The notes under the pieces are model-generated. The model searched no databases. It saw only the letters and a program-made list of their open reading frames with translations, and was not told the origin of the DNA. Of a stretch of DNA of 64,000 nt, positions 18,603 to 28,218 are shown piece by piece. The stretch comes from an uncultured Candidatus Saccharibacteria bacterium (GTDB lineage: Bacteria; Patescibacteriota; Minisyncoccia; Phycocordibacterales; UBA9973): contig CAYVDC010000004.1 in assembly GCA_964450735.1 (NCBI GenBank), positions 18,829 through 82,828 of the forward strand, in the 5' to 3' direction. A program made the translations under genes and the position numbers. The first letter of the stretch is position 1; the number at the start of each line of letters is the position of its first letter.

Positions 18603-19115
18603 TTATTTCTTCTTTGGCTGAGTGAACTTTTCGTGTGCAGTTGTGTAATCGAAGAGTTCTTCAGGCTTGAACCAGTGCTCGATTTCGAGCTTTGCTTCTT
18701 CAGCATCGCCAGAAGCGTGCATGAGGTTAGGAATACCGATCTCATGTGTGTCAGCGTGACCGTAGCTCACATGTGAGTAGTCGCCGCGAACAGTTCCTGG
18801 AAGAGCGCTCTTTGGCTCTGTAGCGCCAACCATCTTGCGGACGAGAGCAGCTGCTTCAACGCCTTCGAGAACGAAAGCGATGACAGGACCTGCGTTCATC
18901 ATTTCAAGAGTGATGTCGAAGACCTTCTGTCCTCGGCGTGAGATCACTTTGCCGATGTTCTCATAGTGGTGATGATAGTGCTCAGTTGTCGGTCGGAGCA
19001 TCTTGTTTCCGACGATCTTGAGGCCTACCTTCTCGAATCGAGCGAGGATTTCTCCTACAAGTCCGCGCTGTACAGCGTCAGGCTTGAAGAGGATGAGTGT
19101 GCGTTCTAGTTGCAT
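18603..19115 (-). CDS. ndk: nucleoside diphosphate kinase
   Basis: LILFKPDAVQRGLVGEI…GNKMLRPT…NLMHASGD (active-site His) matches NDK. Confidence 0.9.
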   Translation of the reverse strand: MQLERTLILFKPDAVQRGLVGEILARFEKVGLKIVGNKMLRPTTEHYHHHYENIGKVISRRGQKVFDITLEMMNAGPVIAFVLEGVEAAALVRKMVGATEPKSALPGTVRGDYSHVSYGHADTHEIGIPNLMHASGDAEEAKLEIEHWFKPEELFDYTTAHEKFTQPKKK

Positions 19116-19178
19116 AATTCAGTACTGTTTCTAAACCAATAATACGTTGAATTCTATCAGAAAACGGCGTTTTAGCAA

Positions 19179-19751
19179 TTATTTCTTTATTTGTTCCTTG
19201 AAGGTAAGAACCTTGTATGAATCTTCATCAAAACCCCTTTTCTTGTATACTGCCCTACTTGAACCGCTTACACGCTCTTCCCAATTCAAGCCAAGTTTCA
19301 ATGCCATCGCCTGAACAGCGTCCCAACTTTTTCCTTCGATTTCTACATGCGGATCGAGTAGCGGCCAAGTATCGATATCTACTTCAACACCGTCCAAAGT
19401 ATATCGAGTGCGCTTATTTTCTACATATATAAGCTCAACAAGACCAATTGCGGCAAGAATTTTTTCTGTTTCTTCAAAATTGCTGACTTTTACTTCGAGC
19501 TCATTCATTCCCCCTCCCAAAAGTTCTTTTGAACTTGCTACTCCAAATCGCTGTTTGTAGGTAAGAGTAATCTGCTCCCCTTCATCTCTCAAACGTATCC
19601 AACCGCCGTCTTTATCCAAGCGGCCATCCGGGAAGTCAAAAACTTTGCGGCGATAATTATAATCACCCACTTTAACCGCACCAAACGAAAGAAGCTTCTG
19701 TTCCAAAGCTTCTTTGTGTATATCCAAAAATTTTACTTCAATCTCTTCCAT
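19179..19751 (-). CDS. CYTH-domain protein (class IV adenylyl cyclase / triphosphate tunnel metalloenzyme family)
   Basis: N-terminal EIEVKFL (CYTH ExExK motif). About 190 aa, with Arg/Glu/Lys pattern typical of CyaB-like proteins. Its ATG overlaps the upstream gene's stop (TAATG). Confidence 0.6.
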   Translation of the reverse strand: MEEIEVKFLDIHKEALEQKLLSFGAVKVGDYNYRRKVFDFPDGRLDKDGGWIRLRDEGEQITLTYKQRFGVASSKELLGGGMNELEVKVSNFEETEKILAAIGLVELIYVENKRTRYTLDGVEVDIDTWPLLDPHVEIEGKSWDAVQAMALKLGLNWEERVSGSSRAVYKKRGFDEDSYKVLTFKEQIKK

Positions 19752-22495
19752 TATGAATTCGAATTATAGTTATAACGTCCCATGATCTCTGCTTCCACTT
19801 CTTCACGATCGCGGCCGAATTTGAGGTATGAAAGCTCTTTGAGTTTTGCTGCCATCTCGGGTGAGCCCTTTGGAGGAAATGGCGTATGTGAGTTAAATGG
19901 CTTTACCGGCATTCCGTTTACCAGCATCTTGATGTAGCAGTTCAAGTTCTCAAGCTTCAAGATATCCTTTGGAGTAAATTCAGGCTCAAATTGTTTTGAG
20001 AATATTTCAGCGTTCTCTGGAGACACACGATGCACTACCATAGTACCAACGTTACCGAAGACGGCGTTCTTGATATTGTCTTCAAGCTGTTCGACGTATT
20101 GGTGGGCAATGTTAAGCGAGAGGCGGTATTTACGAGCCTCAGACAAGATCACTTCGATCGAGTCAGTCGTGATGTTCTGGAATTCGTCGATGTACAAATA
20201 GAAATCATGAACCGGTACGCCAGTTCCCACGATGTCCACACGGGAAAGCGCAGCCATGGTGATCTTTCCAACAAGAATGAGACCAATCAAGTTCGCGTTG
20301 ATATCTCCAAGTCGTCCTTTTGAAAGATTCACTAAGAGAATCTTTTTGTTGTCCATGATCTCGCGGAAATTGAACACGGATTTTTCTTGAGCAACTACCG
20401 GGCGCATGATGTCGTTTGAAATAAACACGTCGAACTTGTTGGTAACATACGGCACGAAGTTCGCAAGTGATTGTTCACCTGACGTCTGCTCGGCATTTGT
20501 CCAGAATTGCTTGATGATTGGGTTCTTGCAGCGTGAAAGTTTGAGGTCGCGGAATTCTTTGTCAGCCAGCACGCGGCCGATCTCAAGAAGCGTCATTCCT
20601 GACGATGGGTCTTCCATCACGAGCAATGCAGAGTTACGGAAGTATTGTTCGAAAGCCGGACCGCCGGCAGTTTTCATATCGAAGAGCTTGTTGAAGATAG
20701 CCAAGAGTTCGTTTACCACGAATGTCTTTTGTTCAGGATACTTTGGATCGTATTCCAACATGTTCAATCCCATCGGGCGATCGATGTATGCAGGGTCAAA
20801 GTAGATCACATCATCAATACGTTCCTTTGGAATGTTTGCGAGAATGTCTTGGATATCTGAACCGTGTGGGTCGATAAAGCAAACACCGTCGCCGTTTTTG
20901 ATATCCTGAATAATCATATTTTTCAAGAACACCGTCTTACCAGTACCAGTTTGTCCGATAACATAGGTGTGGCGAACACGGTCTTCGCGAGCCATGTATA
21001 CATCGTTGAACTGTCCACGATACTCGTTTTGTCCGAGCAAGATTCCCTGAGGATTCATTTCCATTGGAAGCGGAGCTGTTGCGGCTTTTGCCTGCTTGAG
21101 CTGCGGAGTTCCTGAGACGCCGATTGGGAAATGGAATACTGATGCAAGTTCCTTGAGGTTCATAGCGAGCAATTCTTCTTCTCGCATCTGGCGATATGAA
21201 TAGTCGCGGAAGAATTGATCAGCATCGCGCTCATCAGTACGGTGCCATTCAATACGGTTTGCCAATGGCTCATTGAACTGGTTGAAAGCAGACTCGATCT
21301 CGCGAACAATGTCTTTGGAACGTTCCTTGGTTGCCCCTGATGCAACAATGCGGATACCAGCATATACGACAGTGCTCTTGAGCTTGTTTTGGATATTCTC
21401 GATATCTTTTTGATTAGCTTCTTTTTTGTCCTTTTCGCTATCGCTTCCAGCCAAGAGATCTTTGACCAAGAAAAAAGTCTGACGGGCAACTGAATGCATC
21501 TGTTTGACAGCCTCTCGCGCGCGGATCTTTTCTTCTTTGACGCGATGGAGTACATGGGAAAATTCTTTGACGAGCTTCTCCCCTGCTGGGACAATAATAA
21601 ATTGAAGCGATGCGCCTTCGCCAGAAGCCTTGAGTTTTGAAAATGCGTTCACGATCGTTCCCATTGGATCATGCTCGATAGCGTCGTGTGTCTTGATCGG
21701 ATAGACTTCTGTTTCTCCAAAGTGCGCATACGATCCTACTGCGTATCCGTCTTCGGTAAAAACATTGTAATCATCGGTAATCTCACGAAGCTTTGCGTCC
21801 TGGTAGAATCCTAGAATCTGCTTTTCAAAAAGATCTACTTTGTCGGTAGGAATAGCTGCATAGAACATCACCTGGTTTCCGTTGTTTGAAATTGCAATCT
21901 CAAGCGTGTAGTAGCGGCGAGAGCTATTGTTAGTTCCGCCGACATTTAACATACCAGCATAAAATTGCTCCATAGCTTGGATAAACTCTTTGTAACCTTT
22001 GGCGTTGTCTTTGTCTTCTTCTGGAAGTGTGATCTCAAAAAGCTTCATGTCCACGCCTTTCCAGATCGGGTTCGTTTCAGTCAGTCCAGGAACACCATGC
22101 GTTGCATGCAAATACTGCACAAGAAATCTGTGAAAGTCGCTATCAACGTGCGGGTTGTGGAGGCCGGCAACAACGTCGAGTGCGGTCTTGATGCCGCGAT
22201 CCATAAGGATACCGAGGAGTTCCTCCATTTTGCGATCATGTGTTTCTGGCTTGAGCTTGAGTACAAGTTCTTCAACCTTGTGTTCAGGCATGACGCGAGT
22301 TTCGTGGAGAATATCTTTTGCATCAGCGATCTTGTATGACTCAATCACTTCTTGAGTAACCTGCACCTTTTCTGCCTCCCCTCCCTGCCCGTTCTCAATC
22401 TGCTTCTCGCGCTCAGCGATCTTTTCACGCAAAAAAGCGATCTCTTCTTCGGGAGTTTTAAACTTTGGTGATGCGCCTAATTGAAGTCCTTCCAT
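19751..22495 (-). CDS. large P-loop ATPase, HerA/VirB4/VirD4(TraG)-like AAA-like (DUF87-type) C-terminal domain, with a 450-aa N-terminal domain of unknown function
   Basis: Walker A HTYVIGQTGTGKTV. Walker B-like YLYIDEFQN followed by LSEARKYRLSLNIAHQYVEQL (arginine-finger/Q motif region of HerA/VirB4/TrwB-type ATPases). No TM segment seen. Confidence 0.55.
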   Translation of the reverse strand: MEGLQLGASPKFKTPEEEIAFLREKIAEREKQIENGQGGEAEKVQVTQEVIESYKIADAKDILHETRVMPEHKVEELVLKLKPETHDRKMEELLGILMDRGIKTALDVVAGLHNPHVDSDFHRFLVQYLHATHGVPGLTETNPIWKGVDMKLFEITLPEEDKDNAKGYKEFIQAMEQFYAGMLNVGGTNNSSRRYYTLEIAISNNGNQVMFYAAIPTDKVDLFEKQILGFYQDAKLREITDDYNVFTEDGYAVGSYAHFGETEVYPIKTHDAIEHDPMGTIVNAFSKLKASGEGASLQFIIVPAGEKLVKEFSHVLHRVKEEKIRAREAVKQMHSVARQTFFLVKDLLAGSDSEKDKKEANQKDIENIQNKLKSTVVYAGIRIVASGATKERSKDIVREIESAFNQFNEPLANRIEWHRTDERDADQFFRDYSYRQMREEELLAMNLKELASVFHFPIGVSGTPQLKQAKAATAPLPMEMNPQGILLGQNEYRGQFNDVYMAREDRVRHTYVIGQTGTGKTVFLKNMIIQDIKNGDGVCFIDPHGSDIQDILANIPKERIDDVIYFDPAYIDRPMGLNMLEYDPKYPEQKTFVVNELLAIFNKLFDMKTAGGPAFEQYFRNSALLVMEDPSSGMTLLEIGRVLADKEFRDLKLSRCKNPIIKQFWTNAEQTSGEQSLANFVPYVTNKFDVFISNDIMRPVVAQEKSVFNFREIMDNKKILLVNLSKGRLGDINANLIGLILVGKITMAALSRVDIVGTGVPVHDFYLYIDEFQNITTDSIEVILSEARKYRLSLNIAHQYVEQLEDNIKNAVFGNVGTMVVHRVSPENAEIFSKQFEPEFTPKDILKLENLNCYIKMLVNGMPVKPFNSHTPFPPKGSPEMAAKLKELSYLKFGRDREEVEAEIMGRYNYNSNS

Positions 22496-22557
22496 GTGCT
22501 CCTATTATACGCCACAGGAAGAATAACTACAAAAGCTTCTTGTGCTATACTTTATGA

Positions 22558-22971
22558 ATGAACAAAAAATACATTCTTGGTCTCGTCTGCATCGCCATCG
22601 TCGCAGCATTAGTAATCTATGCTTCTGTCGCCGACAAAAAAGCCTCTACCGAGAAACCAGCACCTGCTACCGCAGAAGAAACTGATTTGGGAGTAACAGG
22701 TACTGGAGCCGTACAGCAGCCAGCATCAAGCAAGTACCCTGCTTTCGTACAGACATTTATCAATACCCACAGCACCGGCCAGGTCATCAAGTTCAATTTG
22801 AACAACAATACCTACTACTCGTTCCGCACCAGCTTTGCTTCAGGAGCAGGAACAACGCTCTATGACAAGAACGGAAACCTCGCGGCAAACTGCGCAGGAG
22901 CAGTCGGACCAGAAGAAAAGAACGAGCTTTGCAAGCAGTCAGGAATGGGAGAAGTTATCTGGAAAAGATAG
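22558..22971 (+). CDS. small secreted/membrane-anchored hypothetical protein
   Basis: N-terminal hydrophobic segment ILGLVCIAIVAALVIYA. TATACT -10 element lies about 12 nt upstream. Confidence 0.45.
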   Translation: MNKKYILGLVCIAIVAALVIYASVADKKASTEKPAPATAEETDLGVTGTGAVQQPASSKYPAFVQTFINTHSTGQVIKFNLNNNTYYSFRTSFASGAGTTLYDKNGNLAANCAGAVGPEEKNELCKQSGMGEVIWKR

Positions 22972-22975
22972 GAAA

Positions 22976-23008
22976 ATAAAAAAACACCTTAAGGGTGTTT
23001 TTTTATTT
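22976..23008. terminator. bidirectional terminator aaaaacaccc-ttaa-gggtgttttt
   Basis: Perfect stem with flanking A and T runs, between convergent genes. Confidence 0.7.
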
Positions 23009-23015
23009 CCGCAAA

Positions 23016-23498
23016 CTATTCTTTCTTAGCTAGATCTCGAATGTAGTCTCGAATCTTCTTGAGCTCATCAATTTCAGTTTTATCATACATCACCTGTTCG
23101 CTATCAGGGTTTGCCATATCAACTGAAAGAGCATTCTGGAGCATTGTCTCAACAATCTTTGAAAGTTCTTCAGTTCTACCGAAGTCTTCAAGACCACGAA
23201 GCGCTTCCTGAAGGTCATCAGGACTTATGCCCTTAGCATATCCCTTTCGATCTCTCTGGCCTTCGGGTAAGCCATGATTAAAAGGCTCACCTCGGCCTTG
23301 GTTACTTTTGAGATGTACCCAAGTGGTTATTTCTTCCAACTTTTTTTTATTTGCTTCCTCCTTTGCTTTAGCTGCTTTTGACTCTGTAGTTGAAAAACCT
23401 GAAAGTCCCACTTTTTCAAGAGGCACATTAGCTGCTTTTTTAATTTTTTCAGTAATTCCAGTAATTCGTCCCCCGTAACCTCCCATTCTTTCTGTCAT
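23016..23498 (-). CDS. hypothetical protein (160 aa)
   Basis: ORF with no recognisable motif. Confidence 0.4.
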   Translation of the reverse strand: MTERMGGYGGRITGITEKIKKAANVPLEKVGLSGFSTTESKAAKAKEEANKKKLEEITTWVHLKSNQGRGEPFNHGLPEGQRDRKGYAKGISPDDLQEALRGLEDFGRTEELSKIVETMLQNALSVDMANPDSEQVMYDKTEIDELKKIRDYIRDLAKKE

Positions 23499-23637
23499 AT
23501 TGTTTATGTTGAATAGCTAATAATATAGTACTGAACTCTTGACAGTTAGAGTATAAAACAGCAGAAACTATTACGCAACTAAACTACTCCGCTAAGTATA
23601 AAATCACCTTCTTTTACAGTAAGGCGATTTTTTCTAT

Positions 23638-24405
23638 CTAGAATATTGTCAGTATCTCTGGCTCCCCTTCTGTGATAAGCACTGTATGTTCGAAATGGGC
23701 GCTTCGCGATGCGTCTTCGGTTTTCACCGTCCATCCGTCGCGAGCAACGATTGTATAGTCTTCGCCGATGTTGAGCATTGGTTCAATAGCAACCACCATT
23801 CCTGGCTTGAGCAATTCTCCTTTACCTGCTTTGCCGTAGTTTGGAATATATGGATCTTCGTGGATAGCTTTACCGACACCATGACCTGAGAGATCGCGAA
23901 CAATTCCATAGCCAAGGGGCTTTACGAATTGCTCGATGGCGAAACCAATATCTCCAACTCTATTGCCGCCCTTTGCTGCAGCGATGCCGACAAGCATCGC
24001 TTCTTTGGTTTTATACAAAAGTTCTTGATCTTTTTTTGAAATTTTTCCAACGCCGACTGTGATCGCGTGATCGGTAAATAGGCCTTGGTGTTTGAGTCCG
24101 AGATCAAGTGAAACGATGTCGCCTTCCTTGAGGATCTTTTGGGCTGTAGGAATGCCGTGAACGATTTCATTGTTTACGGAAACACAGAGCGATGCTGGGA
24201 AAGGGGTCATGTGGAGAGCTGGCTTGTAGTGTTTGAAAGCAGGCTCGTCTCCGCCGTCGCGGATCAATCCCTCAGCGATCGTATCAAGCTCAAGCGTCGA
24301 AATACCTGGCCGTACATGGGTTGCAACCTCGGCCAATATCCGTGCAAGGCGCTTGCCGCCCTCTCGGAGGATCTCGATCTCTTCAGGTGTCTTGATGATT
24401 ACCAT
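23638..24405 (-). CDS. map: methionine aminopeptidase, type I
   Basis: KTPEEIEILREGG…VHGIP…DIVSLDLG…GHGVGKAIHEDP…VVAIEPM…FEHTVLIT covers the MetAP metal-ligand motifs. Confidence 0.9.
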   Translation of the reverse strand: MVIIKTPEEIEILREGGKRLARILAEVATHVRPGISTLELDTIAEGLIRDGGDEPAFKHYKPALHMTPFPASLCVSVNNEIVHGIPTAQKILKEGDIVSLDLGLKHQGLFTDHAITVGVGKISKKDQELLYKTKEAMLVGIAAAKGGNRVGDIGFAIEQFVKPLGYGIVRDLSGHGVGKAIHEDPYIPNYGKAGKGELLKPGMVVAIEPMLNIGEDYTIVARDGWTVKTEDASRSAHFEHTVLITEGEPEILTIF

Positions 24406-24514
24406 TGCCCTACTCTAGCAAAGTTATGGGACTTTTGCACCTGTTTTGCTTGACCTGCCAATGTGTAAATGGTACAACCAGACTAATCCCTCCTGTCATC
24501 TAAACCCCAACACC

Positions 24515-25219
24515 ATGACAACAAAAACCATCATCCTTGGCAACGCATCTATTGATGCAATTCTTAATTCGCTTTTGGAGAGTACTATCATCATGAAAGG
24601 CAAGAATGCACTCGAGTATTTTGGCCCAGAAATCTACACCCCTGAAACAAAATTTCTTGGTGACGAAGTTTTTCTGGTAAACCACAGTGCCGTCGGGAAT
24701 TTGAGCCGTCGCCACGATCTTGCTGTGTTACGCCGCCAGTTTCCGAACCTACTTATTGTAGGCAATGCGCTGTGCACACAAGAAGTACAAAATTTTTTGG
24801 CAAAGATGCCGAGGAATTTTGATTTCATTTTTTTACAGCAGTCTAACAAGCGTCTTAATATGCGCGAAAGAATTTTTTCAGTCGATATTTGGAACTGCCT
24901 CTATATGCTTCAGCATTTTAGAAAGCAAAACCCAACTACTCGAGTTAATCAATTCTCTTTAGGGCCTATCGGGGAGGATGTAATAATACAAGGTTTTGCT
25001 GAACTGATTGATAGAGGTAAGATTGCCGAAGCAGTACATTATGCAAATTGCTTAGCTGTACCTGACCCTGAAATACAAAGAATATCTCGAAGCAAAAAAC
25101 TAAGAGAATCACTTTTACATTTTCATCGTTTCTCTGCAAAAATACAATCAACCAGTAAAGAACTTACCAAAACCTTCAACCTACTATTTCCGAAACCGCT
25201 CGATATTATGTATTCATAA
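24515..25219 (+). CDS. hypothetical protein (possible alternative start at 24446)
   Basis: Long ORF with no recognisable motif. Confidence 0.4.
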   Translation: MTTKTIILGNASIDAILNSLLESTIIMKGKNALEYFGPEIYTPETKFLGDEVFLVNHSAVGNLSRRHDLAVLRRQFPNLLIVGNALCTQEVQNFLAKMPRNFDFIFLQQSNKRLNMRERIFSVDIWNCLYMLQHFRKQNPTTRVNQFSLGPIGEDVIIQGFAELIDRGKIAEAVHYANCLAVPDPEIQRISRSKKLRESLLHFHRFSAKIQSTSKELTKTFNLLFPKPLDIMYS

Positions 25220-25237
25220 CCACCACCCGTAAGAAAA

Positions 25238-25282
25238 GCAAAAGCCCCCTACTAGATCTGTATCTAGTGAGGGCTTTTTTAT
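25238..25282. terminator. bidirectional terminator (aaaagccc…gggctttt with a palindromic loop)
   Basis: Seen directly between convergent genes. Confidence 0.55.
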
Positions 25283-25284
25283 TT

Positions 25285-25968
25285 TTATCTGATTGTAGTT
25301 CCTTTGAACTCGTTTCCATCCAAATAGTTTTTGAGATTTTCGATACTCTTGCCATTCATCACAACTACTTCTACTCCAAGCTCTGAACATTTTCTTGAGG
25401 CAACTGGATCAAACGGAGCAGAGGTGTTTGCCATATGGTCATGAGGTAAAAGCTTCATGAAATCCACCCATGAAACATTTTCAAGCTTCTCTGCGTCAGG
25501 GTTGGTGCGCGGGTCTTTGGTATAGACAAAATCAATGTTTGAAAGGTTTACCAAGCGCTTTGCCTGGAATCGTTCAGCGAAAAGAGCTGCAACATTGTCT
25601 GTAGAAGCGCCTGGCTGCCATCCGCCTGCGATAACAACTGATTTTGAGGGATCAATTGCCTCTGTTGGCTCGCGTAACACAAAAGCTTCTGCGAGGCTGC
25701 CAAACAAGACTCGCACTAGTTCCGCGTTCAGTCTTGTTGCTGCAATCCCAACTCTATGTAGTTCAAAATCATCAGTGATGCCGAGAGACTGGGCAACATC
25801 CCCATATCGGCGGGCAAGCTTGCCTCCACCGACAACAACGACAAACTTTTTGCCTTCAGCTACTTGCGCTTTAAGCAGGTCTGTAAAATTCTTGAGAAGC
25901 TCTGCATCTACGCTATCAGGAGCAACGAGCGATCCACCAAGAGAAATGATTGTCCAGTTTGTTTCCAT
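25285..25968 (-). CDS. pyrH: UMP kinase (amino-acid kinase family)
   Basis: IISLGGSLVAP…VVVVGGGKLARRY…VIAGGWQPGASTD match PyrH motifs. Confidence 0.8.
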   Translation of the reverse strand: METNWTIISLGGSLVAPDSVDAELLKNFTDLLKAQVAEGKKFVVVVGGGKLARRYGDVAQSLGITDDFELHRVGIAATRLNAELVRVLFGSLAEAFVLREPTEAIDPSKSVVIAGGWQPGASTDNVAALFAERFQAKRLVNLSNIDFVYTKDPRTNPDAEKLENVSWVDFMKLLPHDHMANTSAPFDPVASRKCSELGVEVVVMNGKSIENLKNYLDGNEFKGTTIR

Positions 25969-25969
25969 A

Positions 25970-26554
25970 TTAGAGTCCTAATACTTTTTTAATTTCTTCG
26001 TGAACCTCCGGTACTGTCTGCAAGCCGTTCACTTTGTAGAGCTTGTAGCCTTTTTGCTTGAGAACTTCAAGGGCAGGAAGAACACTGTTCTCATACACGT
26101 CAAAACGGTTCGCAATGCCGGCGTCTGTATCGTCTGCACGGTTGCGAAGTTTCATTCGCTTGATCGCTTCTTCTTTGGAGACATCAACATAGATGAGATC
26201 AACGTTGGTACGTCCATAGAATTCCATCATAGTAATGAAGTCTTCTGACTGGCGAATGCTTCGAGGATAGCCGTCGAGAAAGAGCACAGTCTCAGGACCT
26301 TTCAAATCTCGGCTCATGAGTGTCGTGAACATGCCTCCAGTAAGTACATCAGGGAGAAGGCGGCCGTTGTCTAGGATGTCTTTGATCACTGTGCCAGTAT
26401 AATTGTCGCTTGCAGTAATAGCTCGAAATTCATTACCTGGAGAAAAATGGACAATTGAGTGCCCTCCATCAGTAAAAAACTTCTTGAGAAGCTCTACTTG
26501 GGTGCCTTTGCCGGCGCCGACGTTTCCAAAAAATACATAGGTTTTAGGTTCCAT
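25970..26554 (-). CDS. adk: adenylate kinase
   Basis: P-loop FFGNVGAGKGTQ. NMP-binding and LID regions present. Confidence 0.9.
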   Translation of the reverse strand: MEPKTYVFFGNVGAGKGTQVELLKKFFTDGGHSIVHFSPGNEFRAITASDNYTGTVIKDILDNGRLLPDVLTGGMFTTLMSRDLKGPETVLFLDGYPRSIRQSEDFITMMEFYGRTNVDLIYVDVSKEEAIKRMKLRNRADDTDAGIANRFDVYENSVLPALEVLKQKGYKLYKVNGLQTVPEVHEEIKKVLGL

Positions 26555-26574
26555 ATACCAGCCATACTAGCATA

Positions 26575-26606
26575 CAAAAACAGCCCGACAAAGTGGGCTG
26601 TTTTTG
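26575..26606. terminator. intrinsic terminator aaaacagccc-gacaaagt-gggctgttttt
   Basis: Seen directly between the 504-aa gene and adk. Confidence 0.65.
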
Positions 26607-26629
26607 AAGATCATTTAAACAATGAGCGA

Positions 26630-28144
26630 CTAGTTTGAGGGAGAAAGAAGCTTTTCTTCTAGTTTTTCAATAAAAGTATCTCTTGTCGTCCCCTCTTCAA
26701 GAAGACATTCAATAGCTGAGCTCAAGTGGTACTTGATCACAGCAGCGGGAAGCTCATCAATATTGTCGATGTTGTCACATAAAATAGTCCAAACCAAATT
26801 AGGATCAACTTTGTTTAGAAGTTCCGTATACTCTCGACGCTCGCTAGATGTAAGTTGTGTGCCTAAAGGATCCAATGATTCAGTAAGTTTGCCACGCATT
26901 TCATCAAACAACTTCGCTTGTTCAAATGAACCAGTAAAAGTCTTAAATAATTCTGCGTGGGGCGTAAACTTTGAATCGATACTATCTTTTTGAAGCATCC
27001 CTTTTTCACCAAAAGCGAATTCTCTCACTTTGTCTTCCTGTGTTCCAAGGTCGGCAAGATCAGGATATGCATCATGGATTTCCTTGAACAAAGGATCTGT
27101 CGCAAATCTCTCCGGGCTGATAAGCCGGAAAAACCCAAAGGCATACGCTTTCATTAAGTACTCTTTGGTATCTTCTGCAAGTTCTCTATCAGAAATGCCT
27201 GCTGTGGCTTTTTCTACCGAATGCAGGTAACTATTCATATGGCTTCGAATATACCGCATGATCGCAGGACGTTCTGAAACAAATTCTTCAAAAACAGACT
27301 GGTGAAAATTGAGGGACCATAGTTCCCCAGCAAAGACTGAGCTTGATACGCTAGCATCTTGAATTGGAGTGTTATTAAAATCTCTCGTTAAAGATTCATT
27401 TCCACCCGCAGCAAGGATCACGCTATCTGCGGAATTCGCACCACCAGGCAAGAATGCTGTATGCGAAATAAGATCATGATTGAACCATGTTGCCATTTCT
27501 TGCAGTTTTGTAGCAATATTTTTTGACTCTGAATTTTGACGGATCTGTGCAAGCGGTTCTTCTTCCAAGACGATAGTGCCCTGATTGAATCCAGACATGG
27601 TTGGGTGAAACTTATCACGAAAATGTGAGAAGCCGAACAACAATTCCCAATTGCGCTTTTTATTTACCATTATTGGATCAAAAAATCCTAACGATACTTT
27701 TCTTCCATCTTCAAGCTGTTTGGTTCCCGCAAGCATTACCCCATTGATGCTTTTTTCTTTTCTTAAATCCTTCAGCTCTTTAAAATATTCTTTTGAAATA
27801 AGCGATGTTGTAGCAGAAACTACCGTTTTATCAGGCATTGTTTTTGCAAGGACATCATGTTTTTCTATTGAAACTTTTTCTATTGAGACGCCGGCGACCT
27901 TAAAAAATGGATCGTTCTTTGCATTAATCTCTGGATCAAATCCGAGAGTGCTTTTGACAGTTTTTTTGTATAAATCTATCTCCTCGTTTCGGATCTGCTC
28001 GAGCGTATAATCTGATAGATCATCCATAGACCTGGAAAAAGCTTCTGTGACTTCTTCATTGCTTTTGAATAGTAAATTCTCTTTGTTTACCAATAATTTT
28101 CCTTCTGTCTTTTTGTTATTCTCGATTGCTGGCATTTCCATCAT
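26630..28144 (-). CDS. hypothetical protein, 504 aa, no recognisable domain; monocistronic insert between secY and adk
   Basis: Long ORF flanked on both sides by intrinsic terminators. Confidence 0.5.
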   Translation of the reverse strand: MMEMPAIENNKKTEGKLLVNKENLLFKSNEEVTEAFSRSMDDLSDYTLEQIRNEEIDLYKKTVKSTLGFDPEINAKNDPFFKVAGVSIEKVSIEKHDVLAKTMPDKTVVSATTSLISKEYFKELKDLRKEKSINGVMLAGTKQLEDGRKVSLGFFDPIMVNKKRNWELLFGFSHFRDKFHPTMSGFNQGTIVLEEEPLAQIRQNSESKNIATKLQEMATWFNHDLISHTAFLPGGANSADSVILAAGGNESLTRDFNNTPIQDASVSSSVFAGELWSLNFHQSVFEEFVSERPAIMRYIRSHMNSYLHSVEKATAGISDRELAEDTKEYLMKAYAFGFFRLISPERFATDPLFKEIHDAYPDLADLGTQEDKVREFAFGEKGMLQKDSIDSKFTPHAELFKTFTGSFEQAKLFDEMRGKLTESLDPLGTQLTSSERREYTELLNKVDPNLVWTILCDNIDNIDELPAAVIKYHLSSAIECLLEEGTTRDTFIEKLEEKLLSPSN

Positions 28145-28176
28145 GATGGATGGATTTTAGCACATTTGGACAAATA

Positions 28177-28210
28177 CAAAAGAGCGGCGCCGTAGGCGCC
28201 GCTCTTTTTG
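28177..28210. terminator. intrinsic terminator aaaagagcggcgcc-gtag-gcgccgctcttttt
   Basis: Seen directly, immediately after secY. Confidence 0.7.
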
Positions 28211-28218
28211 TTCTATAT

